Assembly: GCA_965202585.1 (NCBI GenBank)
Contig: OZ241827.1
Span: 72,292,001 to 72,356,000 of the forward strand
Source of the DNA: Thalia democratica
Taxonomy: Eukaryota
DNA: 64,000 bases
Direction of reading: 5' to 3'
The translations under genes were made by a program, and so were the position numbers. The notes beneath the pieces are model-generated. The model did no database searches. It had not been told where the DNA came from and was given only the letters and a program-made list of their open reading frames with translations. Shown here in pieces: positions 28,826 to 41,119 of this stretch (position 1 is its first letter; each line of letters begins with the position of its first letter).

Positions 28826-29329
28826 GCTCGAAAATCTTTATAATTTCTACAGAAGTAGATACAAGGCTCGAAAAGTTTTATAATTTCTACAGAAGAAGAT
28901 ACGAGGCTCGAAAAGTTTTATAATTTCTACAGAAGTAGATACGAGGCTCGAAAAGTTTTTTAATTTCTACAGAAGTAGATACGAGGCTCGAAAAGTTTTA
29001 TAATTTCCACAGAAGTAGATACGAGGCTCGAAAAGTTTTATAATTTCTACAGAAGTAGATACGAGGCTCGAAAGTTTTATAATTTCCACAGAAGTAGATA
29101 CGAGGCTCGAAAAGTTTTATAATTTCCACAGAAGTAGATACGAGGCTCGAAAAGTTTTATAATTTCTACAGAAGTAGATACAAGGCTCGAAAAGTTTTAT
29201 AATTTCTACAGAAGTAGATACGAGGCTCGAAAAGTTTTATAATTTCTACAGAAGTAGATACGAGGTTCGAAAAGTTTTATAATTTCTACAGAAGTAGATA
29301 CGAGGCTCGAAAAGTTTTATAATTTCTAC
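28826..29329. repeat. 40-bp minisatellite, 12 full units plus one partial, in FGF intron 1
   Basis: Consensus GCTCGAAAAGTTTTATAATTTCTACAGAAGTAGATACGAG. One unit is 39 bp; the rest differ only by single-base variants. Confidence 0.98.
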
Positions 29330-31599
29330 GTGCAGGAGATATGAAAAATATTTGGCGAATTATCGGCGCTTAGCTCCAGCAAAACTCATGATAATTACTT
29401 TCATGCATGCAAAAGTACCAGAAACAAAAAATAAAAACTGTTCGGTGCTAAAAGGCGGAGCCTCCGCTTTGTATCTTCCGCTCTCAAGCCTGCACCCCGC
29501 TCAACCATCTTTCCACGGTTGCCTAGCAGCACAACCGGAACACCGTTCATGCGTGTCAAACATGCATTGTTTCAAAAGTGCAATTAGCCGGGTAGCGCTT
29601 CCCCTTCTCGTTGCTGTGTTGCTGATGAGATGAGCCCCTGGAGATGAGCTCTTAGCAACCGTGGGACCACCTACCTGCGTTCTTAAGCAACCGAAGGCGA
29701 AGTTCATGGGAAGCTTTCTGTTTTGGGGCTCAATCATGATTAGGTACCTTCCTGCAATCTCTGATGTTTTTAATCTTGAGCTCTTTTTGCGCAAACCTTG
29801 AAGTTTTCATGTTCAAAAATGCTCCTAAACATTTCAGTGCAAACTTTAAAATCTTACTTGAAGGTTTTATCTTTAACAACAGTATCTTTAAGAATTGAAA
29901 TGTTATGAGAGCAAATAGCTAAAGCTTTTAATAAACTATAAGTAATCTATTGCTCTTAAAACTACTCTTCAAAATGTTAATAATAAACTCTCGTATGTAC
30001 GCGAAATCAAAACTGAAACCAAAACTATTCATAGACTAAAATAAAAGAGAACTGGTTAATACTTATGTAAGCTATTAAAATTACAAGTATTTTCGTTAAA
30101 AATATCATAGTAAGAAAGTGTATATGCATATATAACCATAGGGATAAAAGAGCTTTCCTGAAATTACTGAAAAACAACCTCTGAATGGTTGGAATTGGCT
30201 TGCTAGTAAAAATGTGACCTGTGAGCGCTCAACCTTGAAGATAACTTGTTGCAAAACACCGTCTTATTTTTCCATTCGAAAAAAATAAGTAGAGAGGTTG
30301 GCAACAACACAATGAAGTTGCTTAACACCTGACATGCCACAACAATAACCGGCATAACTTTTGCAACTGCTTTTAATCATTGCCCCCGCGCAGCTTACAC
30401 AGCGAGGTTTCTGAATGTCGGGCGAAATTGTCTCCGTACGTGAAAGTTCTGAGCTCACATAATTAATTAAGTGGCGTATGAACCCGCTAGAACCTGCGTT
30501 GGGACTCCAGGCTTTGCAGTTAGGTTTGACCTTGTCAAGTATAGTCTGTTAGGCTAAAACAACAGTGCACCAGTTTGTTCTGTGAAACTCTTTCAATTTT
30601 TGGTTGACTAAAATCTAAAATTAATCCAAGTCGCTCATCAACGTTTAAAAAGCTCATTTTTAAAACGACAGCCGTTTAAAAGGCCTGCCTTTAAAAATAA
30701 ACCATCTTCCCACATAATAAGAACACATACGAATAAAGAGGCCTTTTTAGCAGATAGATTACTGTCAATGAACCGCCGCTCACATTTATTAAAAACATTA
30801 TCTTTAAATTAAAAGGCTTGGTTATTTTGCAGTGCATGCAACACACCACGTTAGAAGTGAGACCACCATAGAAGTGTGTAAGCCAGATTGATGTTGATGT
30901 TTTATTCGCTTCTGCTGCATAATAGGCTTACACCGGCTGACATCGGCGCTTTTTGTTTTTTATTTATTATTTTTTTTTTTGAGAAAATGATTCACGCAAG
31001 GACCAGATTATATGCTTGATTGTGCCGGAATCAAAAAGAGTAAATTGACACTTTCGCGCAAATTAAAAGGCAACAGCAGAAAGTATTAGTGTTAGTAATT
31101 GCCGGTTGTCACTCTTGCTTTGCGGGATCGCTTTAGAAAGTTTATTGGGTTTCTGCTTTGATCCCCTTTCGGAGGTTGTGTGGGAGTTTGAGTGGTAAGT
31201 TGACGTGAACTTTTAAATTAAAAAAAAAACAAACAAAACGAATAACCGTTCGTCAGTCAACCTTTAGAGTCCGATCTTACTTTGAACTGCAAAGAACTTA
31301 CTGCCGTAAGTTTTCAGTTTCTATTGGTTTGTAGTTATTTTTCTCATTACAATTACTTGTATTTGAACTTCTGATATGAACTTTATGTTTTAAATTATAC
31401 TACAGTACTAACTTGTTTCATGAAATTGCTTAAGCAAAAAAATTATTTTTAAATGTTTAAAACGAAGTTGACTAAAAAAATGTACACTCTATATGGTAAA
31501 TTTAAGAAACTTATTAGTTGCAAACATTAAACTTGCCACTCTTACAAACTTGTGACTCACGCTTTTCTCTATTTGCATAGCAACCGGAATCAATGAACT

Positions 31600-31612
31600 G
31601 TTTCCTAGCAAC
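31600..31612. promoter_or_regulatory. RFX X-box in FGF intron 1
   Basis: GTTTCCTAGCAAC, with neighbouring half-sites and a CCGGAA ETS-type motif. Confidence 0.45.
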
Positions 31613-31915
31613 CCGACTCGCGCGTATTTTGTTGTCATGGTTATTCAGTCGAATCATCTTAAGCCACCCCGCTGAGAATGTTTTCGACATTTACGCGAAC
31701 TTTAAAGAAAAAACTTGATTAAAACTTGTTTGAATAATAAAATCTACATAACATAGTTTAATTAACAATTTGTTTGTAATTTTAACAAATACTATCACTG
31801 TTTTATTATTTATTTAGTTATCATTAAATCTACCCTTGATTTACTTGATTTAAAACCCTAGTATTACCTTTTTTATGTTGTATTATCTATTTCAACTGAT
31901 CGAAAATACCAACAG

Positions 31916-32046
31916 CCCTCATAGAAATCAGGCCTGCCAAGGGTAGCATGACCGGCATGGAGTTTGTGACGTTGAGAGGAGTCTACTCCAACAAGTTCAT
32001 CTGCATTGGGAAGTACGGGAGGGTGCAGGTCAAGAAGAACACTTAT
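31916..32046 (+). CDS. FGF: FGF second coding exon (SLIEIRPAKGSMTGMEFVTLRGVYSNKFICIGKYGRVQVKKNTY)
   Basis: AACAG acceptor with CTGAT branch-like motif and GTGAGT donor at 32047. Phase 1 to 0, 131 nt (the canonical 104 nt plus 27). Matches the FGF pattern SILEI...V.IKG..S..YLCM...G. Confidence 0.93.
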
Positions 32047-32450
32047 GTGAGTATAAATTCTACTTGTTCTACAAATAAAATTACATTAAAGTAGTTGCTT
32101 TTGTTTCAACATTACGCTTTTTGTTTTGGTTGCTTTAACACGTAAGCTGCTTGTAATTTGATACAGAAATGTATTTAAATTGCTTTTACTTTTGCTGTTT
32201 GCTTAAATGCTTATCATTGCTTGACAAATTTAATTGTAAACAAAATAATACAACTGATTATGTTAAAATAAGAACAATGTAATTATTTTGCTTGCTGAAA
32301 TTAAACACAAAATAAAACATTATAATCTTTTTAATTGCATCAAATGAATGTTTTCTTAATTAAATCTTTTTTGGTTTAGATTCTGCAAAATCTAATGAAA
32401 TAACTAACGATTAATAAGCGATATTACCATTTGCTGATGCTTTTTCGTAG

Positions 32451-32651
32451 AAACTAAGAAAACAAATTGAAGAACGGGCGCTATACATGTTAAATCACAA
32501 GGAATTTCTTCAGCCGCTTGTTGTCAACCAAACTATGGTTGGCCCAACTTTAGACAGCCAAACCATAGCTAATACAACCATGGTTAGCCAGACAACAGTT
32601 GGCCCGACCATAGTAGATGTTGCTACGACCTTAGTAGCTAACACGACCTCG
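32451..32651 (+). other. Degenerate 15-bp repeat tract; candidate in-frame cassette exon of FGF (67 aa, Thr-rich)
   Basis: TTTTTCGTAG acceptor, 201 nt stop-free in phase 0, TCG|GTAATT donor. Shows T-x-V-x-x pentapeptide periodicity. Confidence 0.4.
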
Positions 32652-34035
32652 GTAATTAGTTTATTTAGTAAAATTTAGTTTAAATGTAAATTTAGCATAA
32701 TGTAGCTAGTCTGAATGTTTTTTCTTAAATGTATGCTTTGATGTAGAAATGTAGAATTTTAGTTGTTCATAAATGCGCAAACTTAAGTTAGTAGAAATTC
32801 TGGAAATGCGTTAAGTGTATGTTTTTACAGCAACAGTTTAAAATTATAAATCTATTAAAATTTTGCTTTGATTGCAATAATTTTTATTTTATTAAATAAC
32901 TAAAAATTAGGAACGCTTTCAAAATTAAATACTTTTATCATGACTATATATTTTTAGATTTAAATAAGAATTAAAAATGACATAAAAATATTTCTCCATA
33001 TACTAGTAATTACTTTTATAACTAAAATTGTAGCGTGCGAAAAACATCGTTAGTTTTCCAAATTATTTAACAAGTGTAAAATTAAAATTCATGCTTTCCT
33101 AGAACAAGTCGTTATCAGAAACTTGTTTCAATTAGCTACTTGATGGCGATCAATTTCGTCTTCTTAAATTTTGACATACAAAAATTAAAAATCATATAGA
33201 AAATAATTAACTAGCTATACATGAAAACAAACGCCATTAAAACTGATGACAAAATAGCATGATAAAAGGTTTTCATCGTTTAGTTACATAAAACTTTCCA
33301 TTTAGATTCAGTTGCTAGTTACCATGTTGCGTGCGAACAGATCTTGTTTGTAGCGCGTGGTGCCCGCACAGCCCAACCGCCGGTTGTCCAATTAAAATTT
33401 CTAACAAATAACTTTCAAGCGCCTGAATCACTGCTTGCTTTCAATTAATCAGTACTTTTTTTTAGTTTTTATTGATCGTTTTATAATGCTTGTAAGTAAA
33501 GGTTTACAAAAAAATAGAAAAGCAGAACTAAGCCTTTAGTTTTTTCTAGTTAATCGATAAAGCAAAGCTAATTACATTTAAATTAATTTTAATATAAGAA
33601 TATATTACAAAAATGATAACGTTAAACACAAATTTAGATTATAAAGTAAAATCACCAAGTTAGAAAAATTGATTTTTTTTTTATAATTTGTTTTTGAAGA
33701 CGTTTTAACATGCATGCTTTGATATTTCTTACTGTTAATTGTGTACTTTAAAAAATTACGAAAAAAATATCTCTTTATGCATAGTTTAAGTTTATTTTTT
33801 TGCACCTAACTTTACAACTTTAGTTTACTGAAAATTAAAAGCATGACCGTTTGTGTTTAAGCAAAAAAGTAGATATGTTATCAAATTTTGAAATATTTTA
33901 AACAATCAATTATACTTGATATATTAGTTTACGTAAATAATTAAAAAACATTTTTTTTACAAAACTTTTGCTTTCAACACTAACTTTTGCTTCAACGTCG
34001 TCAAAAGTAAACAACTTTCAATTTTCAATCACCAG

Positions 34036-34269
34036 CAGAGCGACGGCGCCCCCAAGTGCGTGTTCACCCGCCGGAGGACCAACCTGCGCAACCCCGTCTA
34101 CTCGTACGTGGCGCGCAGGGCGAAGAACCGCCAGTACTGGTTCCTGTCCATGACCAGGGGCGGCAAGGTGAAGCGGAGGACCATGCCGTGGACGGTGAGC
34201 GACCACGGCAAGAGCAGCGGCGGGTTCAAGTTCTACGAGCTCAACGTGACCAGGACGACCACGAGCTGA
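34036..34269 (+). CDS. FGF: FGF last coding exon ((Q)SDGAPKCVFTRRRTNLRNPVYSYVARRAKNRQYWFLSMTRGGKVKRRTMPWTVSDHGKSSGGFKFYELNVTRTTTS*)
   Basis: Phase-0 CAGCAG acceptor (start 34036 or 34039). Contains the conserved FGF C-x-F and WFLSM..GG.VKR motifs. Very GC3-rich; TGA at 34267-34269. Confidence 0.92.
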   Translation, partial: QSDGAPKCVFTRRRTNLRNPVYSYVARRAKNRQYWFLSMTRGGKVKRRTMPWTVSDHGKSSGGFKFYELNVTRTTTS

Positions 34270-35242
34270 GGTGGTTCTTGAACGGGGGTTTTCCCTCTTG
34301 CGCGAAAGACGACGACGGTTGGTAGGAGGGACTTGTTTGGAGGCGACCGGCGTGAATACTGTTAGGAAAGATCGGTACGATAGGAAAATGTTACTTCGGA
34401 AAAATGTTTTTTTTTTTTTATAAATTAGGTTTGCTAATGAGAACGGAAATTAGTAATCGAGTAGATTTAAATTTTTGAAACACTTTAGTTCAAAAAAACT
34501 TATTTAAAACTTATTATATACCTAAGTTACGGTTTTTCTAAATTTTGTTTCAATTAAAGCTGCTATAATTGTTTATTTGAGCTATTTTATGTCTGAATAC
34601 TAAAAAAATTTGCTATTCTCCCAGCTTTTAACACTTACTCGGTTACTCTTTTTTTTTAATTTTCTCGAAAGCAAAACCCTTGTTTTCGAATTTGCTTTTT
34701 TTTTTCCTTGCTGGCAAGCGATTTCCAGAAAAGGACTTTCTTTTGCCTTGAACCAAAAAACAAGCCTTAATATCTGCTTCAACCAAAAACGACAGCTAGT
34801 TGCAACCATATTAAAATTTAGCTTGGATTTTTAAGTTATTCCCCTAGGAGCTTAGTTTAGGTTTTCAATTTAAAAAGACGTGTATTATTTTTTTTATATG
34901 ATATAAAAATTTCTATAAGACTATGAGTATTCCCGAAGGAACTAAGACATTTTTGTTGTTTAAACAAAGCTTTTATCACTTTTTTTTTCTTATGACATGT
35001 TCTTAATAGACTAAGAGTTTTCCAAAAGGCTTATAAATTTTTTAATTTTTTCACACGCTTTAGTCTAGTTTGCTGCCTCCTCGAGTAGACGAAGCTTAGG
35101 GCGTCACTAAAAGCTGAAAACAACAAAACAATGTTTCTAAATTGAATTAAAGTTAAAAGTAAAGAGAAATGTTGTTTACACTGTTTCGCAGCAGGACTGC
35201 TTATCGGGGGCTGAACTATTTAAAATCATCTTTTATAAAGTT

Positions 35243-35270
35243 TATATATATATATATATATATGTATGTA
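35243..35270. repeat. (TA)n microsatellite (others near 14228-14247 and 11900-11960; (TG)n near 11607)
   Basis: Direct reading. Confidence 0.9.
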
Positions 35271-38200
35271 TAAATATATTTATATCAGTTGCTTGTTGTA
35301 CGTCGTGAGTAAATTATATCTGATTTTCTTCAAAATTTTGCTGTGTCTCAAAAATTCTTCACACCGGATTACTTCGAAAAATATCCTTTTTATTTTGTCT
35401 TTTTTTCTTCAATGTTTCATTAGCTGTAACAAAAAAAAAACCTGAAAACTTTTCAAACCTCTGCTTAGCTAAAACACCGACGAAGATCTAATTTAAGACC
35501 TGATTTTCTGAAAACCTCTGAACTCTTAAAAGCCGGCTAACGGCACCCTTCAATTTTACATGTCAAAGATAACAGCCTTTTTTTTTTTTGCATTAAAAGC
35601 ATTTTATGAGCAGCAAAATTAGGCGTATTACTAATTCTTATTTCAAATTTTGAATTTCACCTGCTGGTTTTTCTATCGTTACGTTTTTTATTAATTATTA
35701 AGTCGTTTTCAAAATAAACCGTTAAAAAACTTACTGTGCTTAAAATTATTGTATTGATTAACAATAACTATTTATCAAGGTTTAATCTAACTAGTTAATT
35801 CGTATTACAGTACAAAAATATTAAAGGTAGTTTATGAAAAAGTTTTAAATAGTACATAGTTTTGAGTATAATTTAATTGTAAAAGTAATCTAATTTTATT
35901 AGGTTAATTGATTTATCTACTTTTAAAGTCAATATTTTACTTTGAATGTAAAACAATCTAAAACAAGAAATTACGACCTATAAAGTCTCTAAAAACAAGC
36001 ATTTAATCAAAGATAGTTTTACATTTTCTGCTTAGGAAAAGGTTAAAAAAACATAAAATAGCAAAACAAATATTTTAAATTTGATATATTAGTAAAGTTT
36101 TAAAAAAATATAAAATAATATTGTGTTTGTTTCTCACTTAATGTGTATATGCTAACGATCTAAGTTTCTATAAAAAAAAACGAATAAATTTCAGTAGCGT
36201 AAAAATCGTTAATCTTAGTTTGACGTTTTGTTAGTTACTTCTAATCAAAAACCGTTTTCGTAAGCGAAAATCACACACTAAAGTTTAAGTTTAAAAGAGC
36301 CTTAAATAATCACATAACAATTAAAAATTTAGTAAACTAATATCAAAAAGTTAACAAAAAAAGAACTTCTAAAGAATTTACTAGAATAAATATACTTTTA
36401 TCACAAATTACTTGTGAAAATGACCAACAAAGCATTAAACTTTTAAACCACATACATTATTTCATAAAAACAATGGATCAAAAGTTAAAACACCAGTACC
36501 AAAAAAAGGAAACAAAAGATGAACTTTAAGTGCATTTGTAGCAAACTCGGAATATATATACTTTCACCACAAACTGTGTTCATCATAAACAAGAAATAAA
36601 ATTCACAAGTTACCAAAAACAATGGACAAAAGTTCAAAGTCGTCACGAATGTCGCTCAAAACTTTATTGAGCTCGTTCAGGTCTCTTTCAAGTGGAATCG
36701 AAACAATTCAACGTTGGCGGAAGGGCGCCGAGATTCCGTGCCGGCCGATGAAAAGGTGCTGAAAAAAGTAGGACAACAGTGGCAGCTGAAAACACAGATT
36801 TACCCGAATTAAATAATATTTAAATACTTAATATATAACAAAATAAACGTTTTAATAATTTTTTGGTTTATAATCTGGAAGTTATTTAAACCGAGTTTAT
36901 ATTTAGCCATAGGGTAGCTATGCACAGACTTACTGTTGTTTGGAGCTATTAAATATATAATATGTGTAAGTTATCAAAGTAAAACAAACATTAAAAGAGT
37001 TTAAATAATGTTCAGCTTATTAATCAGAAAGTTATCAAAACTGAGTTCATTTTTTCTAAAACACTATGATTTTCTGTTGCTTAAACTTTGTTTCTTAAAT
37101 ATGGAATACTTATTATTTTTTAGGAAAATATTGTAACTTACCAAAAAATTCGAATTTTACTCTAAGTATTTTATTCTTGTCAATTTAATAGTTAAACACC
37201 TAAGATGTTTTTTTTTATGTCTATTTAAAAAAAAAAAAAAATTATCCAGTTTAAATGATTTTATTAAATTAAACACATTCATAACTCATTTTAAAAACAT
37301 TTTTAGTGTCATACAACCCTTGAATATAGTACAACTTTATGTTCAACAATTCATCTTATTAATAACTTATGTAATAAAACAGAAAAAAAAGTCAAATATT
37401 TAGATTAGGTGTTCAGTAGGTTTTGAAGTTTTTTGCCAGTAAACTATAATCTTATATTAAAATTGCTATTAATATTTCAGAAATGATAGAAACTGTCCAG
37501 TTCTAAATTAACCAAATGCTAAACATTAACAGCAAAGCTCTGTTTTTGTAAAGCTTCAAAAGTTGGTAATATTTTTACTGCAGCAACGTCAAAGATAAGT
37601 TTCGAAATCGCTAACCCGGGCGAACTGCACGGATATTTGAAATGGGCGAGCAAACGGGCTTACCTGAGGCTTTGCTGCCTTTTAATCGGCTAATCTTGAT
37701 TTAATTTAAAAGTTTATTCAGCATGCATGCAAAAAGAACAAACAGGCAAGTCGAACTAACACACAGCAGCTTATTATTTACTTTCAATCAGCTCAGTCTG
37801 AATGCTCAGGTATCCGTTTCGTCAGGCTGTTATGGGAACGGTTGCCGTACAAACCGAGTTTTTCAGACACCGTGTCTGCTAGCAACCCAGATAGCTGGCT
37901 CGGGTTTTGTTTTTGTTAATTACACTATTTGCTGTTGAGTTTAAACCTCTTATCTTATCAGCTCTTTTTTGAATTGCAAGCAAACAATAACTTTTCAGAA
38001 TTGCTGGCAAATATTTGAAGGTTTTCTATTGCCTCTTATCTATGCTCTGAACTTCTTGAAAGAACTTTCACTTTATTACTTACAAACGAAAAAAAAGTAC
38101 AAAAAGTTGAAAGAAATAGCGGCTTGTATGCTAATGCACAATCGAAGTAAAGTTTTCTTATTAATAAAGTTTTTCAATTAAAAAGTGAACTACTTTAGTT

Positions 38201-38673
38201 AATTTAATCAGCATCGTAAATTAAATCGGAAATTTTGTTAATCAGAAATTTTTATGACTTTACCTACTACATTTTCAGTTCGAAAAGGATAAAAGTTAAA
38301 AATACTTGTAAAATTTGTTAGAACCATCAACAAAATGCAGTTTAATCAGCAATTAGATTCAACATGCCGGGATTGAAACAGTATATAACTCTGTTCATTA
38401 AGCATTCTGCCGAAACAACCGACTTTGTCGGAAAAAGATCAGCATTTTAATCATGAAAAAGCAACGTTTGATCAAACACCAATTATTTGCAAAAGCGTCA
38501 AAAAGGCCTTTGAAGTTTTCATTACACAAAGAAATCTCGAAGCGACGAGTGTTTATCAAGCAAATAATTACAAACAAAAAATACTCTGAAAACTTTCAAA
38601 ACAACAAAAAATATGAAAAAAAAGTGTCGAAGGGTTTAAGGGGGCACCGAGCAACTAATCTCTTCACGGTTGA

Positions 38674-38911
38674 GTTGTCACGGTGACACATATCAAACCG
38701 TTGCTACGCGGCGATTTGTTGTTGCCATGGCAATAATTCAATTTGTGGGATCGGATTCCATTTCTTGTAGGTTTCCATGGTAACAAGAGTAGGTGCCTGG
38801 AGACGGTTCGCCAAAATAAAAGAAGCCGAAACCGCTCAGGCGTGATGGGATTCGGGTTACTATGGCGATATGTTAACATGGGGTTACTGTGGGGTGATGT
38901 TGCTTAGTAAC
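38674..38911. promoter_or_regulatory. Dense RFX X-box cluster
   Basis: GTTGTCACGGTGAC (38674), GTTGCCATGGCAAT (38721), GTTTCCATGGTAAC (38771), GTTACTATGGCGAT (38856), GTTGCTTAGTAAC (38899). Confidence 0.65.
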
Positions 38912-40059
38912 ACGACTCGGTTGAGTGGTTTCGACGAAAAGCTGTCAAAATGACATCTAATTTTGTATAAGTGGTGTTTAAGTTTGTCACTACTTAATTT
39001 TACTTGTTTGAAATTTTAAAGCTAGATGAAATTACAAATAGAAAATTATGTTTGTTTAAGTTCTTAGTTAGTGTTGATTTCTAATAGTTTTTTACCTATC
39101 AATGATTTTGTCAAACTTATTCAAAACGTGGAAAAAATGAACTAATAAATGAAGCGTTTGCTGCAAAAATTTGTAATATTTTTAAAACAGTAACCACGTA
39201 TTACACTGACTTAGTTTTTTTTTTTTTAATATGACAAAGTGTTACTTATAACAAACTTATATTTTGTTTTGCAGAGCGAATGAAACAAAAATGCTCAAAG
39301 TCGTTAACGATCAACGAAATAAAACAAACTAATCAAACGTAGCAAACACTTTAAAATCTGACAGAGCGCTGAAACAAGCGAAAGCGTTAAGCGTTCGTGT
39401 AAAACAACCGGCAATATCTTGTTGTCTGTCTGAGCTTTCAAATGCTTTCAATTGTTGAAATACCCGACTTCGAAAATATCGCCCATGCAGTTTTCAAATC
39501 GAGACCGCACCACAAATTAGAACCGTCTTAATCTTTCGCTTTCATTCCATTTGAAGTCTTCCATTATCCGCCTCTATATTAAGGATTAAACCACTCCGGT
39601 GTTCCCAAAATAGAAAGCGTGTGTCTGCATGTTTCGTTCGAACATTCGAACGAATTAGGCGAATTATGAATTCCGCGAACGGAATTTTCATCAAATTTGA
39701 ATGGGTTAATTGCTGGTTTCGCTCGCGAGCTGCATATAAAAGTGTAACACTTTCACAAATCAGTTACGTAAAAATGAGATTATTCCATAATAAATTTGAA
39801 TAAGTAGCTTAAAAGTTTTTCATGACTAAATATTCAAGATATCTTCGCGTTTGAAAATAGAAAAAAAAAGCTAATTAGGGCTCGTTTATCAACTTAAATA
39901 ATTAATACATTCAAAATTTTGTTGCACCTTACTTAAATTACATAAGTTAAATTACTCTCACTTTTTAAGTCATTATTACTTAGCTCCTTATGTAACAGCA
40001 TTGTCGTTAATGTATCACATGAAAAGCAAAAACATAATTGGGCAGCTAAACGTTTCTAT

Positions 40060-40370
40060 ATTAAGCGCAATCGGTCGCCGCAGCCGTTGTCAGGCAAGCA
40101 ATTTCTTCCTTGGTTGCCATGGCGATCGTGTGATGTGGGCGCCCGATTACCCGGCCCCCACCGCGCAACTGTCGCTTGCACGAAACCCTCCTGAGATGCG
40201 GGCACGGTGCCAGCGAATATTCCAAATTGCAGTCATGTGACCGGTTTGCGCCGAAAACAACTTCCAATTGGCGATTTCGCCCAGTTCGTGTTTTTCCTGC
40301 ATTTTTTAGCTAAGATGTTTCCGTTGCTTGTTTCTTTTGTTTTTTTACGCATTAACGCCACCTACAGGTC
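40060..40370. promoter_or_regulatory. CpG-rich island with X-box; possible promoter for the downstream duplicated region
   Basis: GTTGCCATGGCGAT at 40113. This is the last GC-rich island before the AT-rich domain. Confidence 0.4.
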
Positions 40371-41119
40371 AGTTAGTGAAATAGAATTTGTTTAATTAGT
40401 TAATTTTGTTTTTCAAGTTATGAAAAAAAAAAGGTATAAACCCTTTTTTTAATAGTTTTATATTGTAACACTTTAAAGTTTATGAAACCGTTTAACTACT
40501 TTTGAGTCGTAGTTCGCTTCAGATATGATATTTGAAAATTTTTCGTTAACTCCAAAGTTTAAACATAAAAATTGATTAGTAATGATTACTTTTATCGGTC
40601 GTAGTTTTTTTTTTGTAGTTGTAGCTCAATGAATAAAAATTGTATTACCATACTAATAAGTATTGATTTATATTCATGTTTAATTTTTATAAAAAAGAAA
40701 TTACTTGTACATTGACTGACGAGACTTTTTTTTAACTCTTTGTAATTTCTTTTTATGTATATTAGTTTTGCCGAAATTATCTTAACAGCAATGTAAAACA
40801 TTAACTTTATTTTTTATACTATAAACGATTTTTATTAGTTTATTATAATATTCATTAATTTATATTTTTTTTACAAGTAGTTGAAACTGCAGCAAAATTT
40901 TAAACCTGTTATACTAAGTCAAGTTATGAAAAATTAAATAACAAACAAATTATTTTCTAAAAACAAACTTAAAGTGAGCAATACTTGCGGCTGTAAAAAA
41001 AATTCTACCAAACCTCTTTTGAAAGTGTCATCTATAATTACAAATACTTAATTTAAAAGGAAACTTAACCCTCATTTCTGTGGAAATCTCATCTTATTAA
41101 CTTTTTTCAAACTTTGAAC

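Noticed and set aside
28826-29329. Calling the 40-bp array a CRISPR array
   Set aside because: No unique spacers, no leader or cas genes, eukaryotic intron context. Kept only as a repeat with a Cas12a-like motif.
30264-30458. Cys-containing 64-aa minus-strand ORF in FGF intron 1
   Set aside because: Non-ATG start and no recognisable Cys spacing pattern.
33968-34325. Alternative-frame ORFs over FGF exon 3
   Set aside because: Shadow ORFs; only the frame ending at 34269 carries FGF motifs.
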